This document shows positions 23,909 to 34,051 of a stretch of 64,000 bases of DNA, in pieces. The notes beneath the pieces were generated by a model. That model made no database searches. It was not told the DNA's origin and worked only from the letters and a program-made list of their open reading frames with translations. The position numbers were made by a program, and so were the translations under genes. The stretch comes from Faecousia sp. GTDB lineage: Bacteria; Bacillota; Clostridia; Oscillospirales; Oscillospiraceae. The first letter of the stretch is position 1; each line of letters starts with the position of its first letter. Location: contig JAZNYV010000186.1 in the NCBI GenBank assembly GCA_045594585.1, positions 77,335 through 141,334 of the forward strand, given 5' to 3'.

Positions 23909-25252
23909 TTATTTGACCAATCTGCCTAACCAGGCTCCGTATGCCGAGGAATTGATCATAAGAGGATAATTGAGGATGATGCAATCATCTACACCCATTC
24001 TCTGAGCAAATTCCTGTAGATCCAAGGAAGGTTTGTCGTTTCGATTAAATTCTCTGGGATCCACGCATATAATCTTGCTGTAATGATTCGTTAACCAGGA
24101 GGCAAAGGCATTGCCGTAGGACTCCTTGAGCACCAGGCATACCCGTTCCTCGGTCTGCTCCGTCTCAATGACCGTAATGGGATGATCCCCTCCCAGGAAG
24201 CAAATATACTTGTTGGAATAGCTCTCGGACAGGGGATAGAACAGATCGATCTCCCCACCGTAATAGAGGGCAGCGGAATCATAATACCGCACCCTTACCT
24301 CCCCTTGGGGGATGTAGTAGGTCAGAGAATCCGGATTCTCACGTAGGATCTCCCGTTGGGAATAGCCCGACAGAAAGCTGTACATCGTACCTAAGAAGGT
24401 CTCGTACTCCCCTGTTGTAAACTCTTCCAGCGGAACAGGGCTTAAGCCTGCCTTCTCACAGAAGGCTGTATATGCGTAATAGGATCCCAGATGGGTCCAG
24501 TGATGATCCGTACGGAAATACAGATACTCATCCTTATGCTGCCGAAGGATGCTGTAGGCATCTACCTTGCTCACAGCATCATTCATGGTATAGTAGGCAT
24601 AGTCGATCATATTCTCCTGGGAATCCTCCCCCTGCCGGTACTCCTGCGGAGCATAGAGTCCTGCACTGTTGGGAACCAAAATGCTGTATACATTGACTCC
24701 CTCCAGCTCGGCAGCTATGGCAGAAACTGATTGGCTGTACTGCAAGATCGCATCATAATTTGCAACAGGCAACTCCAAGGCCCGATCTCCCATAAGGAGG
24801 ATCTGACCGAAGGTCTCTACGGACAGCTCCTCTTCCTCATACACAGACTCCGTCACAGACTCTGTAGGAGCTTCCTCCCTGTGGGTAACCTCCTCCGTTG
24901 CCTCCTCTCTTTCCGGGAGCACTGTAGGCTCCGTGGGAGGAAGTGTCAGCTCCGGCACAGAGGCTCCGTGATCCGCCCCGTCATTCACGATGGGCACCAG
25001 GATCTGTACTTCCTCGTCAGAGGAGAAGCCGGTGAAGGTATACAGTCCGTTTAACTGCCGATTCCATTCCAAGAGACTGTCTCTCCACGGAAAGGACTCT
25101 GCCATCCTGCTATGAAATTCCCCGGGATATTGTCCGGATTGAAAATTCTCAAGTCCGATACGAGGGATCCCTCCCTTAAGGGTAGACGAGGCACCAACTG
25201 CCAACACCGGTAGGAATAGCATCAGACATATGAGCGTATAAAACTTTTTCAT
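23909..25252 (-). CDS. DHHW-motif (AlgJ/AlgX-like SGNH) O-acetyltransferase partner
   Basis: YFRTDHHWT, KESYGNAF; N-terminal membrane anchor MKKFYTLICL; acidic Pro/Thr/Glu linker. Confidence 0.8.
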   Translation of the reverse strand: MKKFYTLICLMLFLPVLAVGASSTLKGGIPRIGLENFQSGQYPGEFHSRMAESFPWRDSLLEWNRQLNGLYTFTGFSSDEEVQILVPIVNDGADHGASVPELTLPPTEPTVLPEREEATEEVTHREEAPTESVTESVYEEEELSVETFGQILLMGDRALELPVANYDAILQYSQSVSAIAAELEGVNVYSILVPNSAGLYAPQEYRQGEDSQENMIDYAYYTMNDAVSKVDAYSILRQHKDEYLYFRTDHHWTHLGSYYAYTAFCEKAGLSPVPLEEFTTGEYETFLGTMYSFLSGYSQREILRENPDSLTYYIPQGEVRVRYYDSAALYYGGEIDLFYPLSESYSNKYICFLGGDHPITVIETEQTEERVCLVLKESYGNAFASWLTNHYSKIICVDPREFNRNDKPSLDLQEFAQRMGVDDCIILNYPLMINSSAYGAWLGRLVK

Positions 25253-25269
25253 TGAGCACCCTCCTCCCC

Positions 25270-26604
25270 TCAGAAGCCTGCGTACATAGAGGGCTTGGCC
25301 GCAGTCCCCATAAGGGACATCGTACACAGAGCAAGGATCACGATCAGCAGCAGGGCCTGCAGGAATGCATAGGCCTTCCGCATTCCGGGACTCTGTCCAC
25401 GGATCCGGAGTCGGAGCTTCTCTGTGATCACGGGACCGGCCACGGCAAGGAATATCCCAAGAAGAAGCAGGGGCAGACTGTTACAGATCACCAGCACCGT
25501 AGGCTCAAGGCCCCCTGCTGAGAAGGAGAGCATCCCTCTGAGAGTCCCTGCTAAGGCAGGAATGTCCTCCGCCGCAAAAATGATCCAGCCCAAATAGACC
25601 AGCAGGAAGGTCGTCAGCCAGGGAAGGAGCCTGCCTCTCTTGCTCTCCTCTATAGGAAGAAGCCGCTCCCCCAGGATCAGCAGGAAGAAATACAGCCCCC
25701 AAAGCACATAGGTCCCTGTGATCCCATGCCATAGCCCCGTTAAGAGCCACACAAGGAACAGATTACAAACCTGCCTCAGCAGCCCCCTGCGATTCCCTCC
25801 CAAGGGAATATACACGTAGTCCCTGAAGAATATGCCAAGGGACATATGCCACCTACGCCAGAAGTCTCTAACAGACCGTGCCGTATAGGGTCTGCGGAAA
25901 TTCTCAGGCAGAGAAAAGCCGAAGATCCGCCCCATACCCAGAGCCATATCCCCATAGCCGGAGAACTCAAAGAAGATATAGAGCATAAACGCCAGCCCAC
26001 CGACCCAGGGGGCTACCCAGGAGGAGTGACTCCCAAGCTGCTCATAGACCCGAAACAGAGGGTCTGCCAGCAGGACCTTCTTACCCAAGCCGATGACAAA
26101 GCGGAATGCACCACGGAAGGCCTGCTCCGTGTCCGTTTGCCGCTCCCTCAATTGAGGTCGCAAGGCAGAATATCTCACAATGGGTCCCATGACCATTTTA
26201 GGGAAGAAGCTGACAAACAAAAGAAACTGCCAAAAACTCTCAGCCTCCGTCCCGGGCTCTCTGTACCGATCTACTGCATAAGAGATCAGAGAGAACAGGT
26301 AGAAGGAAATGCCCATGGGGAATGCAATATCCGTCATCCCCTTAAAAAACAGGAGAGTCCCTGCGTCTACAGCAACCGCAAGGACCATGGCTCCTCTCTG
26401 ATTGCCCACCACTCTGGGGATATAGTAGTTCACAACCGCCAGTCCAACCATAAGAGGCAGGTAGATAGGACGGCTGAAGCAATAAAACAGCAGACTGAAC
26501 AGGATCAATACCCCGTTCTTAAGTCTCATGCCCGGTGCTAAAAAATATACCCCCACAGACACAGGAAGAAACAGGTATAAAAAGAATAAATTGGAAAATT
26601 CCAT
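25270..26604 (-). CDS. MBOAT family O-acyltransferase (AlgI/DltB-like)
   Basis: PMGISFYLF, FFPKMVMGPIVRY, GLGKKV, FEFSGYGDMA, FWRRWHMSLG.FFRDYVYIPLGGNR, TGLWHG. Confidence 0.93.
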   Translation of the reverse strand: MEFSNLFFLYLFLPVSVGVYFLAPGMRLKNGVLILFSLLFYCFSRPIYLPLMVGLAVVNYYIPRVVGNQRGAMVLAVAVDAGTLLFFKGMTDIAFPMGISFYLFSLISYAVDRYREPGTEAESFWQFLLFVSFFPKMVMGPIVRYSALRPQLRERQTDTEQAFRGAFRFVIGLGKKVLLADPLFRVYEQLGSHSSWVAPWVGGLAFMLYIFFEFSGYGDMALGMGRIFGFSLPENFRRPYTARSVRDFWRRWHMSLGIFFRDYVYIPLGGNRRGLLRQVCNLFLVWLLTGLWHGITGTYVLWGLYFFLLILGERLLPIEESKRGRLLPWLTTFLLVYLGWIIFAAEDIPALAGTLRGMLSFSAGGLEPTVLVICNSLPLLLLGIFLAVAGPVITEKLRLRIRGQSPGMRKAYAFLQALLLIVILALCTMSLMGTAAKPSMYAGF

Positions 26605-26662
26605 ATTACTTCCTCAATTCTCCGGAAATCTTTCAACAGAATACCATATTTCCTCCGTAATT

Positions 26663-28000
26663 TCAACTATTTTTTCTCAGATCCTCCACCACCTGCCTAC
26701 GCAGGAGCAGCAGGGCACTCAAATTGGGCAGAGCCATCACTCCGTTTAAAATATCCGCAAGGTCAAAGACCGTAGCCACAGACAGGAAGGGCCCTGCTCC
26801 CAACGCAAGCAAATAGCCTATGCGATAGAGCTTTACCCACCTTCCGCCCGTCAAATACAGCAATGCCCTTTCACCGTAAAAGCTCCACCCGATAATGGTT
26901 GCAAAAGCAAAAAACACCAGGCATATCACCAGCAAATAGGAAGACAAGCTCCTGCTCCAGGGCAGTCCCACAGCCCAAGCCACCTCCGTCATGCCGCCCC
27001 CCTGTGCCGTGTGCTCCCATGCTCCCGTTACCACCAAGCATAGGCCGGATAGGGTGCATATCACTATGGTATCAATAAAGGTGGCACTCATGGTAACAAG
27101 TCCCTGCTTCACAGGGTCCCTCTCCCCGGAAGCGGCAGCTGTGATCGCCCCCGTCCCCATGCCTGCTTCGTTGGTAAATACCCCTCGGCCAATGCCCATA
27201 CGCATAGCCTGACGGATGGTGATCCCTGCACCGGCACCTAATACCGCACGAGGGGAGAAGGCACTCCTGCATATAAGGCTGATACTATAGGGTATGCGGT
27301 CCCAACAGCAGACCAATATGGTAACAGAGCAGAACAGATACAGTGCCGACATAAGAGGCACGAGGGTCTCACACACCTTAACGATCCTCTTGGCCCCACC
27401 CAGGAGGACCCCACCTGCACCAAGAGTAACCAGTAGCCCTGTTACCAGCTCTACAGCAGATACCTCATGCACCAAGGGTGCCGAAGGGAACAAACTGCCG
27501 ATCCCCTTGGTGATACTGTTGATCTGAGTCACTGTCCCCACACCCAGGAGTCCTGCCCCAAGGGTGATCCCGGCGTACAGCTTGGCTAAGCCCGGCTTGC
27601 CCAAGCCTCTCTCCATATAGGCGAAGGGGCCTCCCGGAGTCCTGCTGTCCTTGGGTCTGTATCTCACTGCAAGATACCCTTCCGCAAATTGGGTCCCCAT
27701 CCCCAGGCAGGCCGCTACCAGCATCCACAGCAGAGCCCCGGGTCCTCCCGTTCCGACAGCAGTTGCCACGCCCACAATATTCCCCGTCCCGATGGTGGCT
27801 GCCAAGGCTGTGCACAGGACAGAATAAGAGGACATCCCCTTGTCGCTGCCTCCAGTAGTAATACTCCGCAGAGCCTGTGGCAAACGACGGATCTGTATGC
27901 CCTTCAGCCCTATGGTATACCACAGTCCCACGAAAATAAACAGCCCCATCATAGGCCATCCCCACAGTTTTTCCGCAATTGTATGGACCCATCCTTCCAC
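26663..28000 (-). CDS. Alanine/glycine:cation symporter (AGCS family)
   Basis: LAATIGTGNIVGVATA...GGPGALLWM, GGPFAY, GVFTNEAGMG, FIDTIVIC; GTG start after AGGAGG. Confidence 0.92.
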   Translation of the reverse strand: MEGWVHTIAEKLWGWPMMGLFIFVGLWYTIGLKGIQIRRLPQALRSITTGGSDKGMSSYSVLCTALAATIGTGNIVGVATAVGTGGPGALLWMLVAACLGMGTQFAEGYLAVRYRPKDSRTPGGPFAYMERGLGKPGLAKLYAGITLGAGLLGVGTVTQINSITKGIGSLFPSAPLVHEVSAVELVTGLLVTLGAGGVLLGGAKRIVKVCETLVPLMSALYLFCSVTILVCCWDRIPYSISLICRSAFSPRAVLGAGAGITIRQAMRMGIGRGVFTNEAGMGTGAITAAASGERDPVKQGLVTMSATFIDTIVICTLSGLCLVVTGAWEHTAQGGGMTEVAWAVGLPWSRSLSSYLLVICLVFFAFATIIGWSFYGERALLYLTGGRWVKLYRIGYLLALGAGPFLSVATVFDLADILNGVMALPNLSALLLLRRQVVEDLRKNS

Positions 28001-28115
28001 GTAGTTCCTCCTTAATCCTAAACATATTGTAAACAATTTAGCGAAAGCGTTGCTTTTTTAATTCCTATTCAGTAGAATATCCCAGAAACAATCGTTATGA
28101 AAGGAGCGATCCCCT

Positions 28116-30725
28116 ATGCTCACACTTCAAAATATTACCAAGGACTATTCCCTGGGGGACAGCGTCGTACCCGCTCTACGTGGAGTCAACGTCAGCTTCC
28201 GCAGGAATGAATTCGTCTCCATCTTAGGTCCCTCCGGCTGTGGCAAAACCACTCTGCTCAATATCATCGGCGGCTTGGATCGCTATACCGCAGGAGATCT
28301 TTCCATTGGCGGGATCTCCACCAAGAAATACACAGACCGGGATTGGGACAGCTACCGCAATCACTCCGTAGGCTTCGTGTTCCAGAGCTATAATCTCATC
28401 CCCCACCAGAGCGTCCTGTCCAATGTGGAGCTGGCACTGACCCTGTCCGGCGTATCCACGAGGGAGCGCAGAGCCAAGGCTGTCTCCGTCTTGGAAAAGG
28501 TGGGCCTTGGGGATCAGCTTACCAAGAGACCCAATCAGCTCTCCGGCGGTCAGATGCAGCGGGTCGCCATTGCACGTGCCCTGGTCAACGATCCCTCCAT
28601 TCTACTGGCAGACGAGCCTACGGGTGCCCTGGACTCCGAGACCAGCGTGCAGATCATGGAACTGCTGAAGGAGGTTGCAAAGGATCGTCTTGTCATTATG
28701 GTCACCCATAACCCCGACCTGGCCGAGACCTACTCCACCCGTATCATTCGCTTGCTGGACGGAGTGATCATAGACGATACCATGCCCTACGAAGCCGAGG
28801 AGGCACCTGCAGTCAAGGACAAGAAGACCAAGAAGCCCTCCATGTCCTTCTTCACCGCCCTTTCTCTTAGCTGGAATAACCTGCTGACGAAGAAGGCACG
28901 GACCATTCTCATATCCTTCGCAGGATCCATCGGCATTATCGGTATTGCTCTGATCCTGTCTATGTCCAACGGTGTCCAGCTTCTAATTAACCGTATGGAG
29001 CGTGAGACTCTGTCATCCTACCCCATTATGATCGAGCGGACAAGCATTGATCTCTCCTCCATGATGGATATGGGCAACGCCATTCGTGAGGATGTGCCCA
29101 GGGAGGAGGATAAGATCTATTCCGTCGATGTAATGACCGGCATGATGGCCACCATGCTCCGTGGCTCCAAGACCAACCATCTGTCGGAGTTCAAGGACTT
29201 CCTGGAAAGCGGCACCAGCGGTATAGAAGAATATGTGGGTGATATTGCATATACCTACGATACTACCATGAATATCTATCGGGTAAACCATGATGGCACC
29301 TATGTTCAGACCAACCCCAATTCCCTTATGACGGACCTTGGTCTTATGCCCGAGACCTCCTCTATGGTTCCCACCGGTATGAGCATGGACGTGTGGACAC
29401 GGCTGTCTGATAATGAGGAGCTCCTTTCTACACAGTATGATGTCATTGCAGGCCATATGCCCGAAAGCTACAACGAAGTCGTTCTCCTTGTCAGCGAGGA
29501 CAACGAGATCACGGACTTCAGTCTCTATTCCCTGGGTCTTGTTGACACTGCGGCCCTCCGTGAAGCCCTGGCTAAGGCAAGCAAGGGTGAGGAGGCTGTG
29601 ATCGACACCGAGCAGCAGGTCTACTCCTACGATGAGATCCTGGACCTGGAATTTAAGCTCCTGGTCAATACAGACGTATTCTCCAAGGAGGGGGACATTT
29701 GGGTGGACAGATCCCAAGAGAACACCTATATGCTCACTCTGCTCAACAGCTCTGAGTCTATCCGCGTAGTAGGGATCCTGCGACCTGCAGAGAATGCTAC
29801 TACCTCCGCTATGACCGGTATGATCGGCTACCGCACGGACCTTATGACCCACCTTTTAGACAAGGTCAACTCCTCCCCCATCGTTCTGGAGCAGAAAGCC
29901 CACCCCGACACCGACATTTTTACCGGTCTCCCCTTTGCCCCTCAGGAGCTGAAGGAGATCTATACCCAGGAGGAGCTCAACGCCTTCTGCATGACCCTTC
30001 CGGAGGAAAAGCAAGCAGAGATCAACGGATATTTCAGCCAGCTCCTGGCAGCAGGCTATGACGAGACAACGGCGGCTACACAGCTCATGCACTCCATTCT
30101 GTCAAGCTCCCAGGCGACCTACGACGGCAACCTGGCTCGACTTGGGGTATCCGATCCCGACGATCCCTCTGCTATTCTTTTATATCCCAAGGACTTCGAG
30201 TCCAAGGATCAGATCTCAGGGATCATTGCTTCCTATAACCAAGGCAAGGAGGAAGAGGAGAAGCTGGTATATACGGATTACATCGGTCTGATGATCTCCT
30301 CCATTACCACCATTATTAATGCGGTCAGCTACATTCTCATTGCCTTCGTCTCCGTGTCTCTCGTGGTCTCCTCCATTATGATCGGTATCATCACCTATAT
30401 CTCTGTTCTGGAACGGACCCGAGAGATCGGTGTGCTCCGATCCATCGGTGCCTCCAAGAGAGATATTTCCAGAGTCTTTAATGCAGAGACCTTGACCATC
30501 GGTCTCGCAGCGGGGCTATTCGGCATAGGAATGACCATACTAATGCTGATCCCCATTAACGGTATCATCCAATCTCTGACGGATCTGACCAACGTAGCCG
30601 TTCTGCCTACGGAGGGTGGGATCATTCTGATCCTCATCAGTATGCTCCTGACCTTTATTGCCGGTCTGATCCCTGCAAGGATCGCCTCTAAGAAGGATCC
30701 CGTCATTGCACTTCGCAGCGAATAA
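28116..30725 (+). CDS. Fused ABC transporter ATP-binding/permease (MacB/FtsX-like)
   Basis: GPSGCGKT, LSGGQMQRVAIARAL, LADEPTGALD; FtsX domain SVLERTREIGVLRSIGA, DPVIALRSE. Confidence 0.92.
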   Translation: MLTLQNITKDYSLGDSVVPALRGVNVSFRRNEFVSILGPSGCGKTTLLNIIGGLDRYTAGDLSIGGISTKKYTDRDWDSYRNHSVGFVFQSYNLIPHQSVLSNVELALTLSGVSTRERRAKAVSVLEKVGLGDQLTKRPNQLSGGQMQRVAIARALVNDPSILLADEPTGALDSETSVQIMELLKEVAKDRLVIMVTHNPDLAETYSTRIIRLLDGVIIDDTMPYEAEEAPAVKDKKTKKPSMSFFTALSLSWNNLLTKKARTILISFAGSIGIIGIALILSMSNGVQLLINRMERETLSSYPIMIERTSIDLSSMMDMGNAIREDVPREEDKIYSVDVMTGMMATMLRGSKTNHLSEFKDFLESGTSGIEEYVGDIAYTYDTTMNIYRVNHDGTYVQTNPNSLMTDLGLMPETSSMVPTGMSMDVWTRLSDNEELLSTQYDVIAGHMPESYNEVVLLVSEDNEITDFSLYSLGLVDTAALREALAKASKGEEAVIDTEQQVYSYDEILDLEFKLLVNTDVFSKEGDIWVDRSQENTYMLTLLNSSESIRVVGILRPAENATTSAMTGMIGYRTDLMTHLLDKVNSSPIVLEQKAHPDTDIFTGLPFAPQELKEIYTQEELNAFCMTLPEEKQAEINGYFSQLLAAGYDETTAATQLMHSILSSSQATYDGNLARLGVSDPDDPSAILLYPKDFESKDQISGIIASYNQGKEEEEKLVYTDYIGLMISSITTIINAVSYILIAFVSVSLVVSSIMIGIITYISVLERTREIGVLRSIGASKRDISRVFNAETLTIGLAAGLFGIGMTILMLIPINGIIQSLTDLTNVAVLPTEGGIILILISMLLTFIAGLIPARIASKKDPVIALRSE

Positions 30726-30730
30726 TACCA

Positions 30731-30768
30731 AGGAAATGCACAAGGAAGAACTTCCCTGTGCATTTCCT
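30731..30768 (+). terminator. Terminator after ABC transporter
   Basis: AGGAAATGCACAAGGAAG-AA-CTTCCCTGTGCATTTCCT then T-rich tail. Confidence 0.75.
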
Positions 30769-30778
30769 GTTAATTTTC

Positions 30779-30807
30779 TTGACTTTAGTTGTGCAATACC
30801 GTATAAT
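30779..30807 (+). promoter_or_regulatory. sigma-A promoter of the YcaO gene
   Basis: TTGACT-17 nt-TATAAT. Confidence 0.75.
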
Positions 30808-30838
30808 TCTACCCAAAGGCCCTCAAAGGAGAAAGTAT

Positions 30839-32626
30839 ATGATCATTGATGAAAGATTTAAGGATGCCAAGCCCGGTGATACCATTGCTCGTATCAAGGA
30901 GATATTGGAGCAATTGGATATTCATCTTGTAGAGGATTGGATCGACACCGGGATCGAGCACTGCTACGGTCTCCACGTTCACGGAGACAAGGGCTTTCCC
31001 TACGCCAACGGCAAGGGCGTGACCCCCGATCTGGCCCGTGGGAGTGCTTACGGCGAGTTTATCGAGAGACTACAGAGCGGACTCTTCTTCTACAAGTACC
31101 AATCTCTTGAGAATGACCCTGAGCTACTGCTCCACACCTATGCCCCGGATGCAGAATATCTGACCAAGGAGGAGCTCCTGGCAGACAGCCAATGGATGGA
31201 GCCTATTGTAGCCGCCTACGGTGTGACCAAAGAGGCCCTTGCAGATCAGTGCGAGATGTACGCCGGCGGCAAGAGGATCCTTGTGCTCCCCTATTACGAT
31301 TACTTCGGCGACCGATATGTTAAGCTTCCTGCAGGCTTCGTAGAGCATCTGTATTCCGCTAACGGCTGCTGTGTGGGTAACACCCGTGAAGAAGCATGGA
31401 TCCATGCCCTTTCCGAGATCATGGAGCGTCACTGCTGTATCCGTCTGATCAAGGAGGATCTTTCTGTCCCAGTGATCCCCGAGGACAGCCTGCGGAAATA
31501 CCCTGTAGTATCTCAGATCCTGGATAAGATCCGCAGTGAGGGCGAGTTCGACGTAGATGTGGTAGACTGCTCCCTGGACACCGGCTACCCCGTTGTAGCC
31601 ACACGGATCATTCACAAGGGGACCCACCGATATATCGTCAGCATCGGTGCCGATCCTATTCCCGAGATCGCCATACAGCGGACTCTCACCGAGGCCTTCC
31701 AGGGGCGGACCCTGGCACGGCTCCATCTAACGGGCAACAGCAGGCTCCTGAGTCACGCCTCAGACATTGATATCTGTAACAACGTCCTTAATCAATTAGA
31801 GACCGCTCAAGGTGCCATGAACGTTGCCTTCTTCACCCCTACAGACGCTCCCTGTGCCCAATTCCCGGATCACAGCAGCTTGACGAACCGTGAGCTGGTT
31901 CATATCGTTCTGGATTACTTTAAGAGCAAAGGTCTTCCCGTATATATCCGCAACTACTCCTTCCTGGGCTTCCATTGCTACAAATTCGTCGTTCCCGGCT
32001 TCTCCGAGTCCCGTGGTCTGCGGATCCCGCAGAAGACACAGCAGTACGCTATGGGCGAGCTGGCTTCCCTGGCACTGCGGAATATGCGTCGGGCAGATGA
32101 CTTGGGTATGAATGACGTCCTGTTCCACCACAAGATGATCCGTGGCGTCAACTCCAGAGAATACTACTACCCCTTCCTGGCAGGTCTGCCCCTGGCCCAC
32201 GGGGATCATAATGTTTCCGCTGCGGTACACTACGCCTACGCCGCATGGAGACTCAAGAATTACACCGAAGCACTGTCCCATCTGAATACCGCTGTTGCCT
32301 ACTGTCGAGACGAAGACAAGAGAGATTATTTGGACTGCATCCGTCAGTATATCCGCTATACCAAGGACGGACTCCCTGCCTCACAGATCAAGCAGGTCCT
32401 GAGTCGTTTCTTCCTCCCCCATCACCTTTTGAGGTTGGAGGACAGCCTTGCACAGCACGGAGATTGCTTCTCCGATCTCCTTATGGCTTGTCAGCTTCCC
32501 CATTGTGATACCTGCCCCCACAGGGATATCTGCTATTACGAGGAATCCAAGCGGGTCATCCGCAATGCGGGCCTATGCTACAGAGACTTTACCCACGGAC
32601 AAGAGCGAGAAATGTTCCGAGTATAA
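30839..32626 (+). CDS. YcaO-like family protein with C-terminal TPR-like/Cys-rich extension
   Basis: NGKGVT...A..SAYGEFIERL, SANGCCVGNT.EEA..HALSEIMERH, RTLTEAFQG, VVPGFSE; start ATG 30839 after AAGGAG. Confidence 0.88.
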   Translation: MIIDERFKDAKPGDTIARIKEILEQLDIHLVEDWIDTGIEHCYGLHVHGDKGFPYANGKGVTPDLARGSAYGEFIERLQSGLFFYKYQSLENDPELLLHTYAPDAEYLTKEELLADSQWMEPIVAAYGVTKEALADQCEMYAGGKRILVLPYYDYFGDRYVKLPAGFVEHLYSANGCCVGNTREEAWIHALSEIMERHCCIRLIKEDLSVPVIPEDSLRKYPVVSQILDKIRSEGEFDVDVVDCSLDTGYPVVATRIIHKGTHRYIVSIGADPIPEIAIQRTLTEAFQGRTLARLHLTGNSRLLSHASDIDICNNVLNQLETAQGAMNVAFFTPTDAPCAQFPDHSSLTNRELVHIVLDYFKSKGLPVYIRNYSFLGFHCYKFVVPGFSESRGLRIPQKTQQYAMGELASLALRNMRRADDLGMNDVLFHHKMIRGVNSREYYYPFLAGLPLAHGDHNVSAAVHYAYAAWRLKNYTEALSHLNTAVAYCRDEDKRDYLDCIRQYIRYTKDGLPASQIKQVLSRFFLPHHLLRLEDSLAQHGDCFSDLLMACQLPHCDTCPHRDICYYEESKRVIRNAGLCYRDFTHGQEREMFRV

Positions 32627-32630
32627 ACAA

Positions 32631-32667
32631 CTGCCATACTTGTACATTAACCGTACAGGTATGGCAG
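32631..32667. terminator. Bidirectional terminator ycaO / coaX
   Basis: CTGCCATAC-TTGTAC-ATTAACC-GTACAG-GTATGGCAG. Confidence 0.75.
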
Positions 32668-32673
32668 CTCTGT

Positions 32674-33441
32674 TTATTTCTTGTTCTTCTTATAAAGCAC
32701 GTTCAGCCCCTTGAGCAGCAGCTCCTTCTCCAGGATGATCTCGTGCTTACACAGGGGAATGATAAATTGTGCGATGCCCCCGGTTGCAATAATGGTAGAA
32801 CGGTGTCCCAGCTCCTCGGCAATACGGTCGATCATGCCGTCCAGCATGGCGGCTGTGCCATACATAGCACCGCTGCGCATACAATCCACGGTGTTCCTGC
32901 CGATCACATTCCTGGGCTTATCCAAGCTGATCCCGGGCAATTGTGCAGTGCGGCTGGTCAAGGAATCCAGAGAGACCATCACACCGGGGAAAATCACGCC
33001 GCCCAAATAAACATTCTCCGGCTCCACTACCTCTATGGTGGTAGCCGTACCCATGTCGATCAGAACCAAGGGTGCCGTATATTCCGCAAGAGCAGCCACG
33101 GCTGCTACAATACGGTCGGCACCTACCTGTGAGGGTGTGTCAACGTGGATATTTAAGCCGGTCTTTAACCCCGGCCCCACTACAAGGGGCTGCTTGCCGA
33201 TGAGCTTGATGACTCCGGTGTATACGGAATTAAAGACGGGAGGCACTACAGAGGAGATAATGCAATCCGTAATATCCTCCCTGGGAATACGGAACATCTG
33301 GAGTAAATTTAGCATTTCGACTCCGTACTGATCCGAGGTCCGCAGACGATCCGTTGCGATCCGAGCCTTAAAGAGGATCTCATCCTCACGAATCACTCCG
33401 ATAACAATATTGGTGTTGCCGATGTCGATTGCAAGAAGCAT
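32674..33441 (-). CDS. coaX: Type III pantothenate kinase
   Basis: LLAIDIGNTN, SSVVP, VGADRI, IDMGTATT, GGVIFPG, IATGG. Confidence 0.95.
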   Translation of the reverse strand: MLLAIDIGNTNIVIGVIREDEILFKARIATDRLRTSDQYGVEMLNLLQMFRIPREDITDCIISSVVPPVFNSVYTGVIKLIGKQPLVVGPGLKTGLNIHVDTPSQVGADRIVAAVAALAEYTAPLVLIDMGTATTIEVVEPENVYLGGVIFPGVMVSLDSLTSRTAQLPGISLDKPRNVIGRNTVDCMRSGAMYGTAAMLDGMIDRIAEELGHRSTIIATGGIAQFIIPLCKHEIILEKELLLKGLNVLYKKNKK

Positions 33442-33445
33442 AGAC

Positions 33446-34051
33446 TTATCTCCCGATCAAGAATTTGGAAAGGACGCGGCCTACCGCTCCCACAATGACA
33501 GAGGCAGCGATCATCTCTACCACAGCATTGATACCAACAAAGGTGCAGACGAACAGGAGCACATTCCTACCCCCGATCAAGCCCTGAACGTACTCTGACC
33601 TGCCAAAGAGCAGGATCAGTGCAGTCATAAACAGCACCGTATTGAGCAGTGCAGCAGCAAAGCCCGTAGCAAAGCAGGCTGTAGTGGGCTTGCCCAGCCT
33701 CTTAACGGCCCGGAACACACAGCCTGCCAGGAAGCCTGCAAGTAAACGAGGCACAAAGCGTTGAACAAAGGCAAGGAATGGGTCAATGTCGAAGAGGATC
33801 ACTCCCATTGCACTGGTGCCGCCGATGCCTATGCACTGCAGGAAACTGGTAATGCCGAAGAGACTGCCGAGGATCATACCCCCCACAGGTCCCAGTGCAA
33901 TGGCTCCAATGGCCACAGGGATCATGTTGAAGGAGATTGCCAAGGGTCCTATGTTCAGATATCCCAGAGGGGTAAAGGACATAAGGAGCAGAATGGCACA
34001 GAGCATGGCTGTTGTGACGATCTGACGGGTGCCGAATGTATTCTGTTTCAT
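33446..34051 (-). CDS. ECF transporter S component, probably pantothenate (PanT-like)
   Basis: TPLGYL.IG...I....IPVAIGAI..GP..G..LG..FG..SF, VPR; located between coaX and coaBC. Confidence 0.82.
   Translation of the reverse strand: MKQNTFGTRQIVTTAMLCAILLLMSFTPLGYLNIGPLAISFNMIPVAIGAIALGPVGGMILGSLFGITSFLQCIGIGGTSAMGVILFDIDPFLAFVQRFVPRLLAGFLAGCVFRAVKRLGKPTTACFATGFAAALLNTVLFMTALILLFGRSEYVQGLIGGRNVLLFVCTFVGINAVVEMIAASVIVGAVGRVLSKFLIGR

Noticed and set aside
28037-28115. Glycine riboswitch or cre site upstream of the alanine/glycine symporter
   Set aside because: Spacer too short for a riboswitch; the cre-like match has several mismatches
30725-30839. Search for a YcaO precursor peptide next to the gene
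   Set aside because: Flanking spacers contain only a terminator, promoter and SD; no credible small ORF; the track's start at 30758 lies within the terminator/promoter
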